Assembly: GCA_029248885.1 (NCBI GenBank)
Contig: JAQWIL010000030.1
Location: 1,431 to 65,430 of the forward strand
DNA from: Flavobacteriaceae bacterium
GTDB lineage: Bacteria > Bacteroidota > Bacteroidia > Flavobacteriales > Flavobacteriaceae
Direction of reading: 5' to 3'
Length of the DNA stretch: 64,000 nucleotides
Positions 8,612-17,133 of this stretch are shown here, piece by piece. Made by a program: the position numbers and the translations under genes. The notes beneath the pieces are model-generated. The model saw nothing but the letters and a program-made list of their open reading frames with translations, was not told where the DNA came from and did not search any database. How positions within the stretch are numbered: the first letter of the stretch is position 1; every line of letters begins with the position of its first letter.

Positions 8612-9871
8612 GTCGAAGCCGATATCTTTTCGGTAGTATATGCCTTCAAAATCAATCTTGGACAAGGCCTGATAGCTCTGTGCGATGGCTTGGTTGTGAT
8701 CCGCACCAACGCCCGTTGCGGATAAGACTCGTCCTCCACTTGTAACCAATTCCTTATCAACCATTGCTGTTCCCGCATGGACAACAAAATCACTTGGGTC
8801 AATCCCATGAATCGCCTTCCCTTTTTCATAGCTTTCAGGGTAACCCCCTGAAACCGCTACTATAGTAGAAACAGAGCGCTTGTCTATCGACAGCTTTATG
8901 CTATCGAGCGTTCCAGAAGCTGTGGCTTGTAGCAATTCAAATAAGTCATTTTGGATCCGTGGCAGTACCACTTGGGTTTCGGGGTCGCCCATCCGCACAT
9001 TATACTCGATCACTTTGGGATTTTCTCCAACTTTGATCAGCCCAATAAAGACAAAACCGACATAGGGAATTCCGTCTTGCTGGAGTCCGCGCATGGTTGG
9101 CGCTACAACTTGGTCTTTGATCTTTTGCACAAAGGTCTCCTCGGCAAAAGGTACGGGTGAAACAGCACCCATACCTCCTGTGTTGAGTCCTGTGTCTCCC
9201 TCGCCTATGCGTTTGTAATCCTTAGCCATGGGCAGGATTTTATAGGACTTGCCATCGGTCAGGACAAAACACGACAACTCAATCCCATCCAAAAACTCTT
9301 CAATCACCACCTTATGACTGGCTTCTCCAAACTTCGCATCTGCAAGCATGGCGGTGAGTTCAGCTTTGGCATCCACAAGCTCATTGAGAATGACCACGCC
9401 CTTACCCGCTGCCAAGCCATCGGCTTTAAGTACATAGGGAGGTGTGACGCTTTCTAGATAGGCAAGCCCTTCCGCAAGTGTGTCTTTGGTAAAACTTTTA
9501 TAAGCGGCAGTGGGAATGTTGTGACGTTGCATAAAGGCCTTGGCAAACTCTTTACTCCCTTCAAGCTCTGCACCCTTTTTGGAAGGTCCAATTACAGGAA
9601 TATGAGATAGGTCTTGATCGGTCGCAAAAAAATCAACCACTCCTTCCACCAATGGAACTTCAGGACCAACAATAACCAGTTCGATTTGATGTGTTAAAGC
9701 CGCTTGCTTAAGCCCTTTAAAATTTGTTGGTGACACATCGATGTTTGTGCCAAACTGTGCGGTTCCCGCATTGCCAGGCGCAATAAATAACTGTGGTTGG
9801 TGTGGGCTTTTTGCCAATTGGTGACAGAATGTGTATTCACGACCACCGCTTCCCAATAGAAGTACCTTCAT
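8606..9871 (-). CDS. purD: Phosphoribosylamine--glycine ligase
   Basis: MKVLLLGSGGREYTF..., ATP-grasp core, GGMGAVSP and NVRMGDPETQ motifs. Start re-set to ATG 9871. Confidence 0.95.
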   Translation of the reverse strand: MKVLLLGSGGREYTFCHQLAKSPHQPQLFIAPGNAGTAQFGTNIDVSPTNFKGLKQAALTHQIELVIVGPEVPLVEGVVDFFATDQDLSHIPVIGPSKKGAELEGSKEFAKAFMQRHNIPTAAYKSFTKDTLAEGLAYLESVTPPYVLKADGLAAGKGVVILNELVDAKAELTAMLADAKFGEASHKVVIEEFLDGIELSCFVLTDGKSYKILPMAKDYKRIGEGDTGLNTGGMGAVSPVPFAEETFVQKIKDQVVAPTMRGLQQDGIPYVGFVFIGLIKVGENPKVIEYNVRMGDPETQVVLPRIQNDLFELLQATASGTLDSIKLSIDKRSVSTIVAVSGGYPESYEKGKAIHGIDPSDFVVHAGTAMVDKELVTSGGRVLSATGVGADHNQAIAQSYQALSKIDFEGIYYRKDIGFDL

Positions 9872-9883
9872 GCTTGTTTTTGG

Positions 9884-9891
9884 CAAAAATA
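9884..9891 (-). promoter_or_regulatory. -7 box (TATTTTTG) for purD
   Basis: Exact match, 12 nt upstream of ATG 9871. Confidence 0.4.
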
Positions 9892-9921
9892 GGAATTTGT
9901 CGCTTGCAGATTGGCGGTTGA

Positions 9922-10524
9922 TTAATTAAAAATTCGCCGAAATGCAGCACGGATCAACATCCATAATGAAATGATAATGATTTCAAGGTCTAAAAAGAAA
10001 GATTGCCTGTTGATATATTCAATGTCACTATTGATTCGGTTATGAATGGACGCATTATTGGGTGTGTCCCCGCGGTATCCTCGGATTTGGGCCAGTCCTG
10101 TCAGCCCTGGTAGCGCGTTGTGACGTTTATCCATCTCCTCTTGTCCGACTACACGCTGATAATAAGCGTTATATTCTGGCAGATGTGGTCGAGGGCCGAC
10201 AACAGACATTTCCCCTTTTATGATATTCAGGACTTGTGGAAGTTCATCGACACCCGAATTGCGAAGCAAAGTGCCCAACCAAGTAATTGGCGTGATTGTC
10301 GGTTCTCCTGGGTTTGGGTGGGCGGCATTTTTGGGAAATGTTCTAAACTTGTAACACCAAAACAACTTACGGCCTTTCCCTTCGCGCTGATGGCTAAAAA
10401 ACAATGAGCCTCCGCCGATAAAAAGATTCAATACCCACAATACGGGTACAAGCCATGACATGACCAAAAACAGAAGTGCCAAGGCAAACAATACGTCAAA
10501 ACTCCGCTTGAGTAGAGATTCCAA
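9922..10524 (-). CDS. Small monotopic phosphoglycosyl transferase ('bacterial sugar transferase', PglC/WbaP C-terminal type)
   Basis: KRSFDVLFALALLFLV re-entrant helix, FRTF, DELPQVLNIIKGEMSVVGPRP and PGLTGLAQI motifs. A -7 box inside the long ORF-track version argues for the TTG at 10524 as the start (about 200 aa). Confidence 0.8.
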   Translation of the reverse strand: MESLLKRSFDVLFALALLFLVMSWLVPVLWVLNLFIGGGSLFFSHQREGKGRKLFWCYKFRTFPKNAAHPNPGEPTITPITWLGTLLRNSGVDELPQVLNIIKGEMSVVGPRPHLPEYNAYYQRVVGQEEMDKRHNALPGLTGLAQIRGYRGDTPNNASIHNRINSDIEYINRQSFFLDLEIIIISLWMLIRAAFRRIFN

Positions 10525-10563
10525 ATAGGGTATGGTTGGTGTTATACAATGATTAAACGCTGG

Positions 10564-10571
10564 CAAAAGTA
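10564..10571 (-). promoter_or_regulatory. -7 box (TACTTTTG) for the small phosphoglycosyl transferase gene
   Basis: Exact match, 39 nt upstream of TTG 10524. It lies inside the over-extended track ORF. Confidence 0.35.
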
Positions 10572-10606
10572 AAAAATTGCATACTACCTGCTCAAAAAAT
10601 GATTTG

Positions 10607-10614
10607 TACTTTTG
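10607..10614 (+). promoter_or_regulatory. -7 box (TACTTTTG) for rfbBACD
   Basis: Exact match, 29 nt upstream of ATG 10644. Confidence 0.4.
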
Positions 10615-10643
10615 AAGCAACTCTTTCGTTATCTATTGAACGT

Positions 10644-11624
10644 ATGACCATATTAGTTACAGGTGGAGCGGGATTTATTGGGTCTCATATGATTCGGCAT
10701 CTTGTCAAAAGCTATCCCGATTATACTCTTATAAATCTGGATGCGCTGACTTATGCCGCCGATTTGTCGCGTTTGGATGACGTAAAAGATGCCTCAAATT
10801 ATCAGTTTGTGGAGGGGAACATCAATGATGCAACTGTACTTGACAGTCTGTTTTCAGCGCATCAAATCGAAGCCATTATTCATCTTGCAGCCGAGTCACA
10901 TGTTGATCGCTCTATTGAAGGTCCTGTGCCCTTTGCCGAAACCAATGTCATCGGTACGATGAACCTGCTCAATGCCTGTCGTGCGCATTGGAAAAAAGGA
11001 ACAAATCATCGATTCTATCACATCAGCACCGATGAGGTCTATGGGTCTTTGGGAAAAGAAGGTGTCTTTACAGAACAAAACCCTTATCAACCCCGATCAC
11101 CATATGCGGCTTCTAAAGCAAGTGCGGACCATATGGTACGAGCTTATGGCGAAACCTATGGCTTGCCCTATGTGATCTCCAATTGCAGCAACAACTATGG
11201 CCCTGATCAACATACTGAAAAATTGATTCCCACCTTGATATCACACCTCCAACAAAATAAGCCTCTTCCTCTTTATGGTGATGGGTCGAATGTGAGAGAC
11301 TGGCTCTATGTAGAGGATCATGTGTTGGCTATGGATGTCATTTTTCATCATGGCAAATTGGGTGAAACTTACCTTGTTGGAGGGCGTTGTGAACAATCAA
11401 ACCTCGAGGTGGCCAAGGCGCTTTGTCAGGCTTATGATCGTCGGGTTGGTCAAGGTCTCGGCACTGCCGAAAAGTTGATTACTTTTGTGACTGACCGCCC
11501 AGGGCATGACTTTCGCTATGCGATTGATCCAAGCAAACTAGAATCAACATTGGGCTGGTCTCCAAAAACAAATTGGAAGGCGGGAATTGAAAAAACCATC
11601 GCCGCTTATCTAGATAAAATATGA
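10644..11624 (+). CDS. rfbB: dTDP-glucose 4,6-dehydratase
   Basis: ILVTGGAGFIGS, STDEVYG and YAASKA motifs. Start re-set to ATG 10644. Confidence 0.95.
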   Translation: MTILVTGGAGFIGSHMIRHLVKSYPDYTLINLDALTYAADLSRLDDVKDASNYQFVEGNINDATVLDSLFSAHQIEAIIHLAAESHVDRSIEGPVPFAETNVIGTMNLLNACRAHWKKGTNHRFYHISTDEVYGSLGKEGVFTEQNPYQPRSPYAASKASADHMVRAYGETYGLPYVISNCSNNYGPDQHTEKLIPTLISHLQQNKPLPLYGDGSNVRDWLYVEDHVLAMDVIFHHGKLGETYLVGGRCEQSNLEVAKALCQAYDRRVGQGLGTAEKLITFVTDRPGHDFRYAIDPSKLESTLGWSPKTNWKAGIEKTIAAYLDKI

Positions 11625-12484
11625 AAGGAATACTCCTTGCTGGTGGAACGGGCTCACGCTTATACCCGATGACAAAAACAGTGAGTAAGCAGCTATTGCC
11701 TGTTTACGACAAGCCGATGGTGTACTACCCCTTGTCCACGCTGCTTTCTCTAGGGATTTCAAAGGTTTTGATCGTCACGACCCCAAAAGATAAAGACAGC
11801 TTTCAAGCCCTTTTGGGTGACGGGAGTTCGTTGGGGTGTTCATTTTCCTATGCTGTTCAGCCAAAACCAAACGGCCTAGCAGAAGCCTTTTTGATTGGAG
11901 CTGATTTTATTGGAACAGACTCGGTTGCTTTAATCTTAGGAGACAATCTATTTTACGGTAGTGCCATCCAAAAACAAAGTCCTTCTGCTGGTTTTACAGG
12001 GGGTCTGATTTTTGGTACGCATGTACAAAACCCTGAGCGTTATGGGATCGTGGAGCTCGATGCTGAGGGAAACGTTAAGTCCATTGAAGAAAAACCTAAA
12101 ACCCCAAAATCCAACCTCGCGATTCCTGGTCTTTATTTCTTTGATCATACTGTAGTAGAAAAGGCAAAGCAAGTCAAACCGAGTGCCAGAGACGAACTTG
12201 AAATCACAGACATTCACAATGCCTATTGGAAAGAAGATTCCCTGCGTGTTGCAATCCTAGAACAAGGCACCGCTTGGCTGGATACCGGAACCGTACAAAG
12301 TTTATCCAAAGCCCATGTCTTTGTCGAAGCCATTCAAAGTCGACAAGGGGTATTGGTAGGCTCTCCTGAACTAGCAGCTTACAAAGAAGGATTTATCGAT
12401 CTTCCCCAACTCAAAGCACTCGCCTTAAACTATAAGGATGCGGAATATGGTAAATATCTAAAACGGTGGATCGATGAACAGTAA
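11621..12484 (+). CDS. rfbA: Glucose-1-phosphate thymidylyltransferase
   Basis: MKGILLAGGTGSRLYPMT...KQLLPVYDKPMVYYPL. ATGA overlap with rfbB. Confidence 0.95.
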   Translation: MKGILLAGGTGSRLYPMTKTVSKQLLPVYDKPMVYYPLSTLLSLGISKVLIVTTPKDKDSFQALLGDGSSLGCSFSYAVQPKPNGLAEAFLIGADFIGTDSVALILGDNLFYGSAIQKQSPSAGFTGGLIFGTHVQNPERYGIVELDAEGNVKSIEEKPKTPKSNLAIPGLYFFDHTVVEKAKQVKPSARDELEITDIHNAYWKEDSLRVAILEQGTAWLDTGTVQSLSKAHVFVEAIQSRQGVLVGSPELAAYKEGFIDLPQLKALALNYKDAEYGKYLKRWIDEQ

Positions 12485-13013
12485 GCCAGGACCCATCACA
12501 GGCAGTTGGTTGCTTACGCCCAAGGTGCACACCGATTCGCGAGGGCAATTTGTCGAAAGTTTTCAAAAAGTTGTTTTTGCAGAACAAACCGGCCTTTCAA
12601 TCGATTTTATACAAGACAATGAGGTCGTTTCTCATCAGGGTGTTGTTCGGGGCTTACATCTGCAAATAGAGCCTCATGGACAGGCCAAACTGATTCGGGT
12701 CGTGCAAGGACGTATCTATGATGTAGCCGTTGACCTCCGCGCAGACTCTCCAAGTTATGGAGAATGGTTTGGTGTGGAGCTTTCTGCAGACAACCAAACC
12801 CAATTGTTTTTACCAAAGGGGTTTGCTCATGGGTATAGCGTGCTGAGTGAACGAGCGATTGTGCAATACAAGGTTGATGCGCCCTACAAATCACAAACCG
12901 AAAGTGGGATTCGCTACAACGACCCTGACTTGGGTGTTGACTGGCAAGTGGACAATCCCAAACTGTCTGAAAAAGATCAAAAACTTCCCTTTCTTAAAGA
13001 TCTTAACCCATGA
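12474..13013 (+). CDS. rfbC: dTDP-4-dehydrorhamnose 3,5-epimerase
   Basis: HTDSRGQFVESF...VVRGLHLQ...KLIRVVQGRIYDVAVDLR...LPKGFAHGY. Confidence 0.95.
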   Translation: MNSKPGPITGSWLLTPKVHTDSRGQFVESFQKVVFAEQTGLSIDFIQDNEVVSHQGVVRGLHLQIEPHGQAKLIRVVQGRIYDVAVDLRADSPSYGEWFGVELSADNQTQLFLPKGFAHGYSVLSERAIVQYKVDAPYKSQTESGIRYNDPDLGVDWQVDNPKLSEKDQKLPFLKDLNP

Positions 13014-13774
13014 AGCGGGTATTGGTAACTGGCGCCTATGGGCAGTTGGGGCTTGCCTTACAAGGTGCCGTAAAAGATTCTAATCTTGACCTCATCTTTA
13101 AGGACAAAAATGCACTAGACATTACCAATGCCGAGGAGGTAAACAAAGTGTTTGCCACACAATCCTTTGATGTGTGTATCAACGCTGCTGCCTATACTAA
13201 TGTAGATGGTGCGGAATCCAATAAAGAGCTCGCCTATAAGATTAATTCCACAGCGGTTGAAACCCTTGCCAAAGCCTGCAAACAACATAGGTGCTGGCTT
13301 GTACACATTTCAACCGATTATGTGTTTGATGGCACTTTGGACGGGCCTTACACCCCATCCGATACGCCCAACCCCTTGAATGTGTATGGTGCAAGTAAGT
13401 TGGCTGGTGAACAGGCCATACGGGCGGTTGGCGGTACGTATTCGGTTGTGCGCACATCTTGGTTGTATTCTCAATATGGGAATAACTTTTACACCAAACT
13501 CCAAGCCCAGCTCGATGCTGGAAAAACACTACAAGTCACAGCAGACCAAAAGGGGTGTCCAACCCCTGCAGAAGACTTGGCTGCCCATTTGCTCACTGGA
13601 ATTGCCAACCAACAGCTCGTAAAAGGCATTTCACATTATTGTGGCAGTGAGGTGATGACGTGGCTGGATTTGGCAAGGCGGTTGTTTCCAAACCAAGAGG
13701 TTTTGGAGTGGGGTGGTACAAGCTCCCCTCCTGTTAGACCCAATAAGGTTGTCCTAAAACACAACAATAGTTGA
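13010..13774 (+). CDS. rfbD: dTDP-4-dehydrorhamnose reductase
   Basis: VLVTGAYGQLG, NAAAYTNVD, STDYVFDG and YGASKLAGE motifs. Somewhat short at 254 aa. Confidence 0.85.
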   Translation: MKRVLVTGAYGQLGLALQGAVKDSNLDLIFKDKNALDITNAEEVNKVFATQSFDVCINAAAYTNVDGAESNKELAYKINSTAVETLAKACKQHRCWLVHISTDYVFDGTLDGPYTPSDTPNPLNVYGASKLAGEQAIRAVGGTYSVVRTSWLYSQYGNNFYTKLQAQLDAGKTLQVTADQKGCPTPAEDLAAHLLTGIANQQLVKGISHYCGSEVMTWLDLARRLFPNQEVLEWGGTSSPPVRPNKVVLKHNNS

Positions 13775-13797
13775 ACTAGTTAAACGTTTTACAATAG

Positions 13798-14976
13798 ATG
13801 CTACAACGATTTATCCATAGTGCAAGAATGAATGTGTTTGAAAGTGCGCGGTTTTATTATTGGTTATTAGTGGCACTAACAAGCTATTTTTTGCTAAATC
13901 GTTTTTTACAAAAATTATCCTATGTGTATTTGGATGACCGATGGACAGAGCTTAAAATTGGTGAAGGGGTTTTATTTGGGTTAGCTTATGGATTTATCCT
14001 TATTAGTGCTTGGTTGTTACGAAGAAAAATACCCCGTTATGTGTTTTGGTGTTGGGGTGGTATCGTGCTTATATTCTTGATTAACGAATTTCGATTTGCT
14101 TGGGGTAACCCTGATTATAGTCTTATGGAAAGCCTTACCAAAAGTCAAGGCTACTATACGGCAAAATTCACAATGCCCTTGTTGTTTTGGGGGGTTTGGT
14201 CGGTGTTAAAAAATGCAAATCACTATGGGGGTGTTTTTGTTAATCAACTACGTGTTTTTTTAACAATCAATGCTGTTTTCATCGTCTCTGGAGCAGTGTT
14301 TGGTGTTTCTCTTTTTGAAAGTTATCCATTGTCTGGTCGATGGGGGTATAGCGGGTTGTTGTGGCACTTAACCTTTCATTGTGCTTCTTATGGGATTCTT
14401 TTAATTTACCTACTGCAGAAAGAGCATAAAGATTGGGTGAGTGTTTTTCTATTTGTATCGGCATTGTTGTTACTGGGACAAAAAGCTGGGATATTGTATC
14501 TATTACTAATTTTTATGCTTATGATCGTTAAAACTACTTTGCTTCGGACAATTATTCTAATAAGTAGTGTGGTGGGGATTTTTTCTGCTCCTGTATGGAT
14601 GCCTATTGTAGTGGGTTTTATTCCCTTTTGGGAGAAAGTATACACCAATCACGGAGTGTGGGGGGTGATTTCTTCTTTAAGAAACGAAATGGTTGAAAGT
14701 ATTTGGTCTGAAATTAATCAAAACCTTAATTTTTTTGATCTTTTCTTTGGTAGTGAAATCAGGTTTAGAAGGCGTATTGAAATGATGCCATTGGATTTAC
14801 TAATTTATTTCGGAACAATCGGGTTGTTTCTAAAGAGCTCTTTTTTATATAAAACAATCTCACATTGGGCTTTGAGCATTCCTATCATAGTTGCTTGTTT
14901 TGCAGGCGGTATATATGAAGCTCCTTTGTGTATGCTTTTTTATTTTATAATTATAAAAGATATAAAACAAAGCTAA
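13798..14976 (+). CDS. Polytopic membrane protein, O-antigen ligase/polymerase-like (Wzy_C-like)
   Basis: About 10 hydrophobic segments and a loop, SGRWGYSGLLWHLTFHCASYG, that resembles the R..G...H motif of Wzy_C proteins. Family assignment is tentative. Confidence 0.4.
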   Translation: MLQRFIHSARMNVFESARFYYWLLVALTSYFLLNRFLQKLSYVYLDDRWTELKIGEGVLFGLAYGFILISAWLLRRKIPRYVFWCWGGIVLIFLINEFRFAWGNPDYSLMESLTKSQGYYTAKFTMPLLFWGVWSVLKNANHYGGVFVNQLRVFLTINAVFIVSGAVFGVSLFESYPLSGRWGYSGLLWHLTFHCASYGILLIYLLQKEHKDWVSVFLFVSALLLLGQKAGILYLLLIFMLMIVKTTLLRTIILISSVVGIFSAPVWMPIVVGFIPFWEKVYTNHGVWGVISSLRNEMVESIWSEINQNLNFFDLFFGSEIRFRRRIEMMPLDLLIYFGTIGLFLKSSFLYKTISHWALSIPIIVACFAGGIYEAPLCMLFYFIIIKDIKQS

Positions 14977-15032
14977 AAAATTTACATCCCAAAAGCTTAC
15001 TTCAAAAATAAAATGAAGCCTCTAAAAAAAGA

Positions 15033-16340
15033 CTAAGAAAGTACAGTTTGCTCTATTATTCCACGAACTTTCTTTAGCTCAATTTTTGACTTTTTTACTT
15101 TATTTATATTATTGGGATTATATACGAAATACCCTATTCCATTGTGTTCTCCATTTTTGATAGCTACAAAACTTATATGCTTTTTGAAATTAGTAATCGA
15201 CAATTCTTTGTCTACAGTTGATCTTATACTATCTCCATCCCTGATGTCTGAGCTATATATTAACTCAACAAACAAACTCGATCCTCGGTTATCAATGTTA
15301 AAAACCTTTGCTTTGTCTTTCTCCATTATGACTGAATTTAAAATTTCTTCCGCTTTCTTAGCGGTTTGATCAGAACTAAACTCAATCAAAAAGTCTCTTG
15401 ACATTCTTGGAAGTACTTCTTTTACTCCTTTTATTTTTAAACTACTTACAAATTCATTATGCTTATTTATTCTCCAATAAAACGTTAGGTTTTTATGGGG
15501 TTGTTGATGAAGTCCTGTTGCTAAAAAAAGATTAATGTCTGATCTTAATAATTGTCCAATTAAATCGTCATACTGTTTGAGTAAAACAATCAAAGGGTCA
15601 AAACCTTTTTTACAATACCATTCTGGATTTGTTAAACTTCCTTTGTAGGCTGCTGAGTTAAATAAGTAATGGTGTTGTATGTGGGCTCCTGAATTTAAAA
15701 ATAAATTTGAAAAATCCGGTTTATGCTTTTTATATAAGAATATAAAAGTATCCGACAATAATAAATCTAATATTACAGCTTTTATACCAGAATTTTTTCT
15801 TTGGGAAAATAGTTTAATGTATTTGGGATATTTCTTTATTGGAACGACACGAAGCAGTCCGGTAGCTAGCGTTAATAGAGTGCCTATACTTAACTTGCCG
15901 CTTGCATTGTCATTTACACTTTGGTGAATAGAGTTATACAGAGATTTTATAAACCAATTACCACTTACTTTTGTGATAGTCCATGGGTCGGGAATAAAAA
16001 ATTTAGGATTATTAAGATTGTTTTTGGCGTTGAAAGGCGATACAGCTCCGACTGTTTTACCTTTTGATTCTAAATACTCAAATATTTGATTTTCATTTGT
16101 TTTCGTTATGTCCCCAAGCCTAAATATTTTATGTTCCTTAAATGATTTTCCAGTATGAACAGTGGCCCATTGAATCCAAGGTTCAAGTAATTCATGTTTA
16201 TTTTCAGAAGTGGTTTCAACAACTTTAAAATTCTCGAACAGTTTTTTAAAATTTGGTAAATCTCCGTTTTTAATATAATACTTGATAAAGTCAAAGTTGA
16301 GTTCATTTAAGCCTAGGAGTATTGTGGTTTTTTTATTCAT
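15033..16340 (-). CDS. Alkaline-phosphatase-superfamily (NPP/phosphodiesterase-like) protein of unknown role
   Basis: The N-terminus TILLGLNELNFDFIKYYIKNGDLPNFKKL...LEPWIQWATVHTGKSFKEHKIFRLGD resembles the layout of type I phosphodiesterase/AlkP-family proteins. It has NE where the canonical metal-binding DG is expected. HIQHHY lies further on. Start re-set to ATG 16340. Confidence 0.35.
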   Translation of the reverse strand: MNKKTTILLGLNELNFDFIKYYIKNGDLPNFKKLFENFKVVETTSENKHELLEPWIQWATVHTGKSFKEHKIFRLGDITKTNENQIFEYLESKGKTVGAVSPFNAKNNLNNPKFFIPDPWTITKVSGNWFIKSLYNSIHQSVNDNASGKLSIGTLLTLATGLLRVVPIKKYPKYIKLFSQRKNSGIKAVILDLLLSDTFIFLYKKHKPDFSNLFLNSGAHIQHHYLFNSAAYKGSLTNPEWYCKKGFDPLIVLLKQYDDLIGQLLRSDINLFLATGLHQQPHKNLTFYWRINKHNEFVSSLKIKGVKEVLPRMSRDFLIEFSSDQTAKKAEEILNSVIMEKDKAKVFNIDNRGSSLFVELIYSSDIRDGDSIRSTVDKELSITNFKKHISFVAIKNGEHNGIGYFVYNPNNINKVKKSKIELKKVRGIIEQTVLS

Positions 16341-17133
16341 GGTCAATTAGTTTTTCAATTAGAGAAATATAATAATGAGTAAACGTAAAAATTAGAGCTT
16401 TTAGCATTTTAATAATCCATTTTTGATTTTCAAAATGGGTTGAGAACATATGAACAAACTGCGGTATTCTTTTGATTTTATTTCTTGAAATTTGTTCAGA
16501 TGAAATACGGTAAAATATTAGTTTTTGATTTATTCGAACACATGGTTTTAGCGAGTTTTTCATGATGTTCAGCCAAAAAAGATAGTCTTCTACTGAAATC
16601 ATTTTTTTTGACTCATCAAATTTTAAATCCCCAATTATTTTTTTTTCTATTATAACACTAGAAGTCGGAATGAAGTCTTTTAATAATAATCGGTTATAAG
16701 ATATTTTAAAAATTGATGACTTTATAAATAAGCTAAAATTAATTTTAAGCTCATTAATAAAGTTTTGCTTTTTAGTGCAAGAAAATTCGCATTTATTTAA
16801 ATACATACTTTCTAATTGTATTTGTGTTTTTTTGGGATGCCAAATATCATCTGAATCACAAAATGCTAACCATTTACCTTTTGCTTTGCTTATTCCAAAG
16901 TTTCTAGGTGCTGCAGGGCCCCCAGTATTTTCTTCTAATTTATAAAATGATATCTTATTGGTTTTTATATAATCTTTCAGCTGCCCTTCTGTTTGATCTG
17001 TTGATTTGTCATCTACAACAATAATTTCTATATGTTTATACGTTTGTCCAATTATAGAGTCTATTGTGCTATTAATATAATTTTCAGCGTTGTATGTGGG
17101 AATTATAACCGAAACAAGCTCTTCATTTTTCAT
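16333..17133 (-). CDS. Glycosyltransferase family 2
   Basis: VSVIIPTYNAENYINSTIDSIIGQTYKHIEIIVVDDKSTD and a DSDD (DxD) motif. Confidence 0.85.
   Translation of the reverse strand: MKNEELVSVIIPTYNAENYINSTIDSIIGQTYKHIEIIVVDDKSTDQTEGQLKDYIKTNKISFYKLEENTGGPAAPRNFGISKAKGKWLAFCDSDDIWHPKKTQIQLESMYLNKCEFSCTKKQNFINELKINFSLFIKSSIFKISYNRLLLKDFIPTSSVIIEKKIIGDLKFDESKKMISVEDYLFWLNIMKNSLKPCVRINQKLIFYRISSEQISRNKIKRIPQFVHMFSTHFENQKWIIKMLKALIFTFTHYYISLIEKLIDHE

Noticed and set aside
16638-16646. T9/A9 homopolymer tracts inside polysaccharide genes (GT2 at 16638-16646, formyltransferase at 23534-23542, intergenic at about 26790), considered as slipped-strand phase-variation switches.
   Set aside because: An equally long tract sits inside the housekeeping ABC ATPase gene (3723-3731). 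Lys-Lys-Lys (AAAAAAAAA) runs are expected in AT-rich coding sequence. Nothing singles out the polysaccharide genes.
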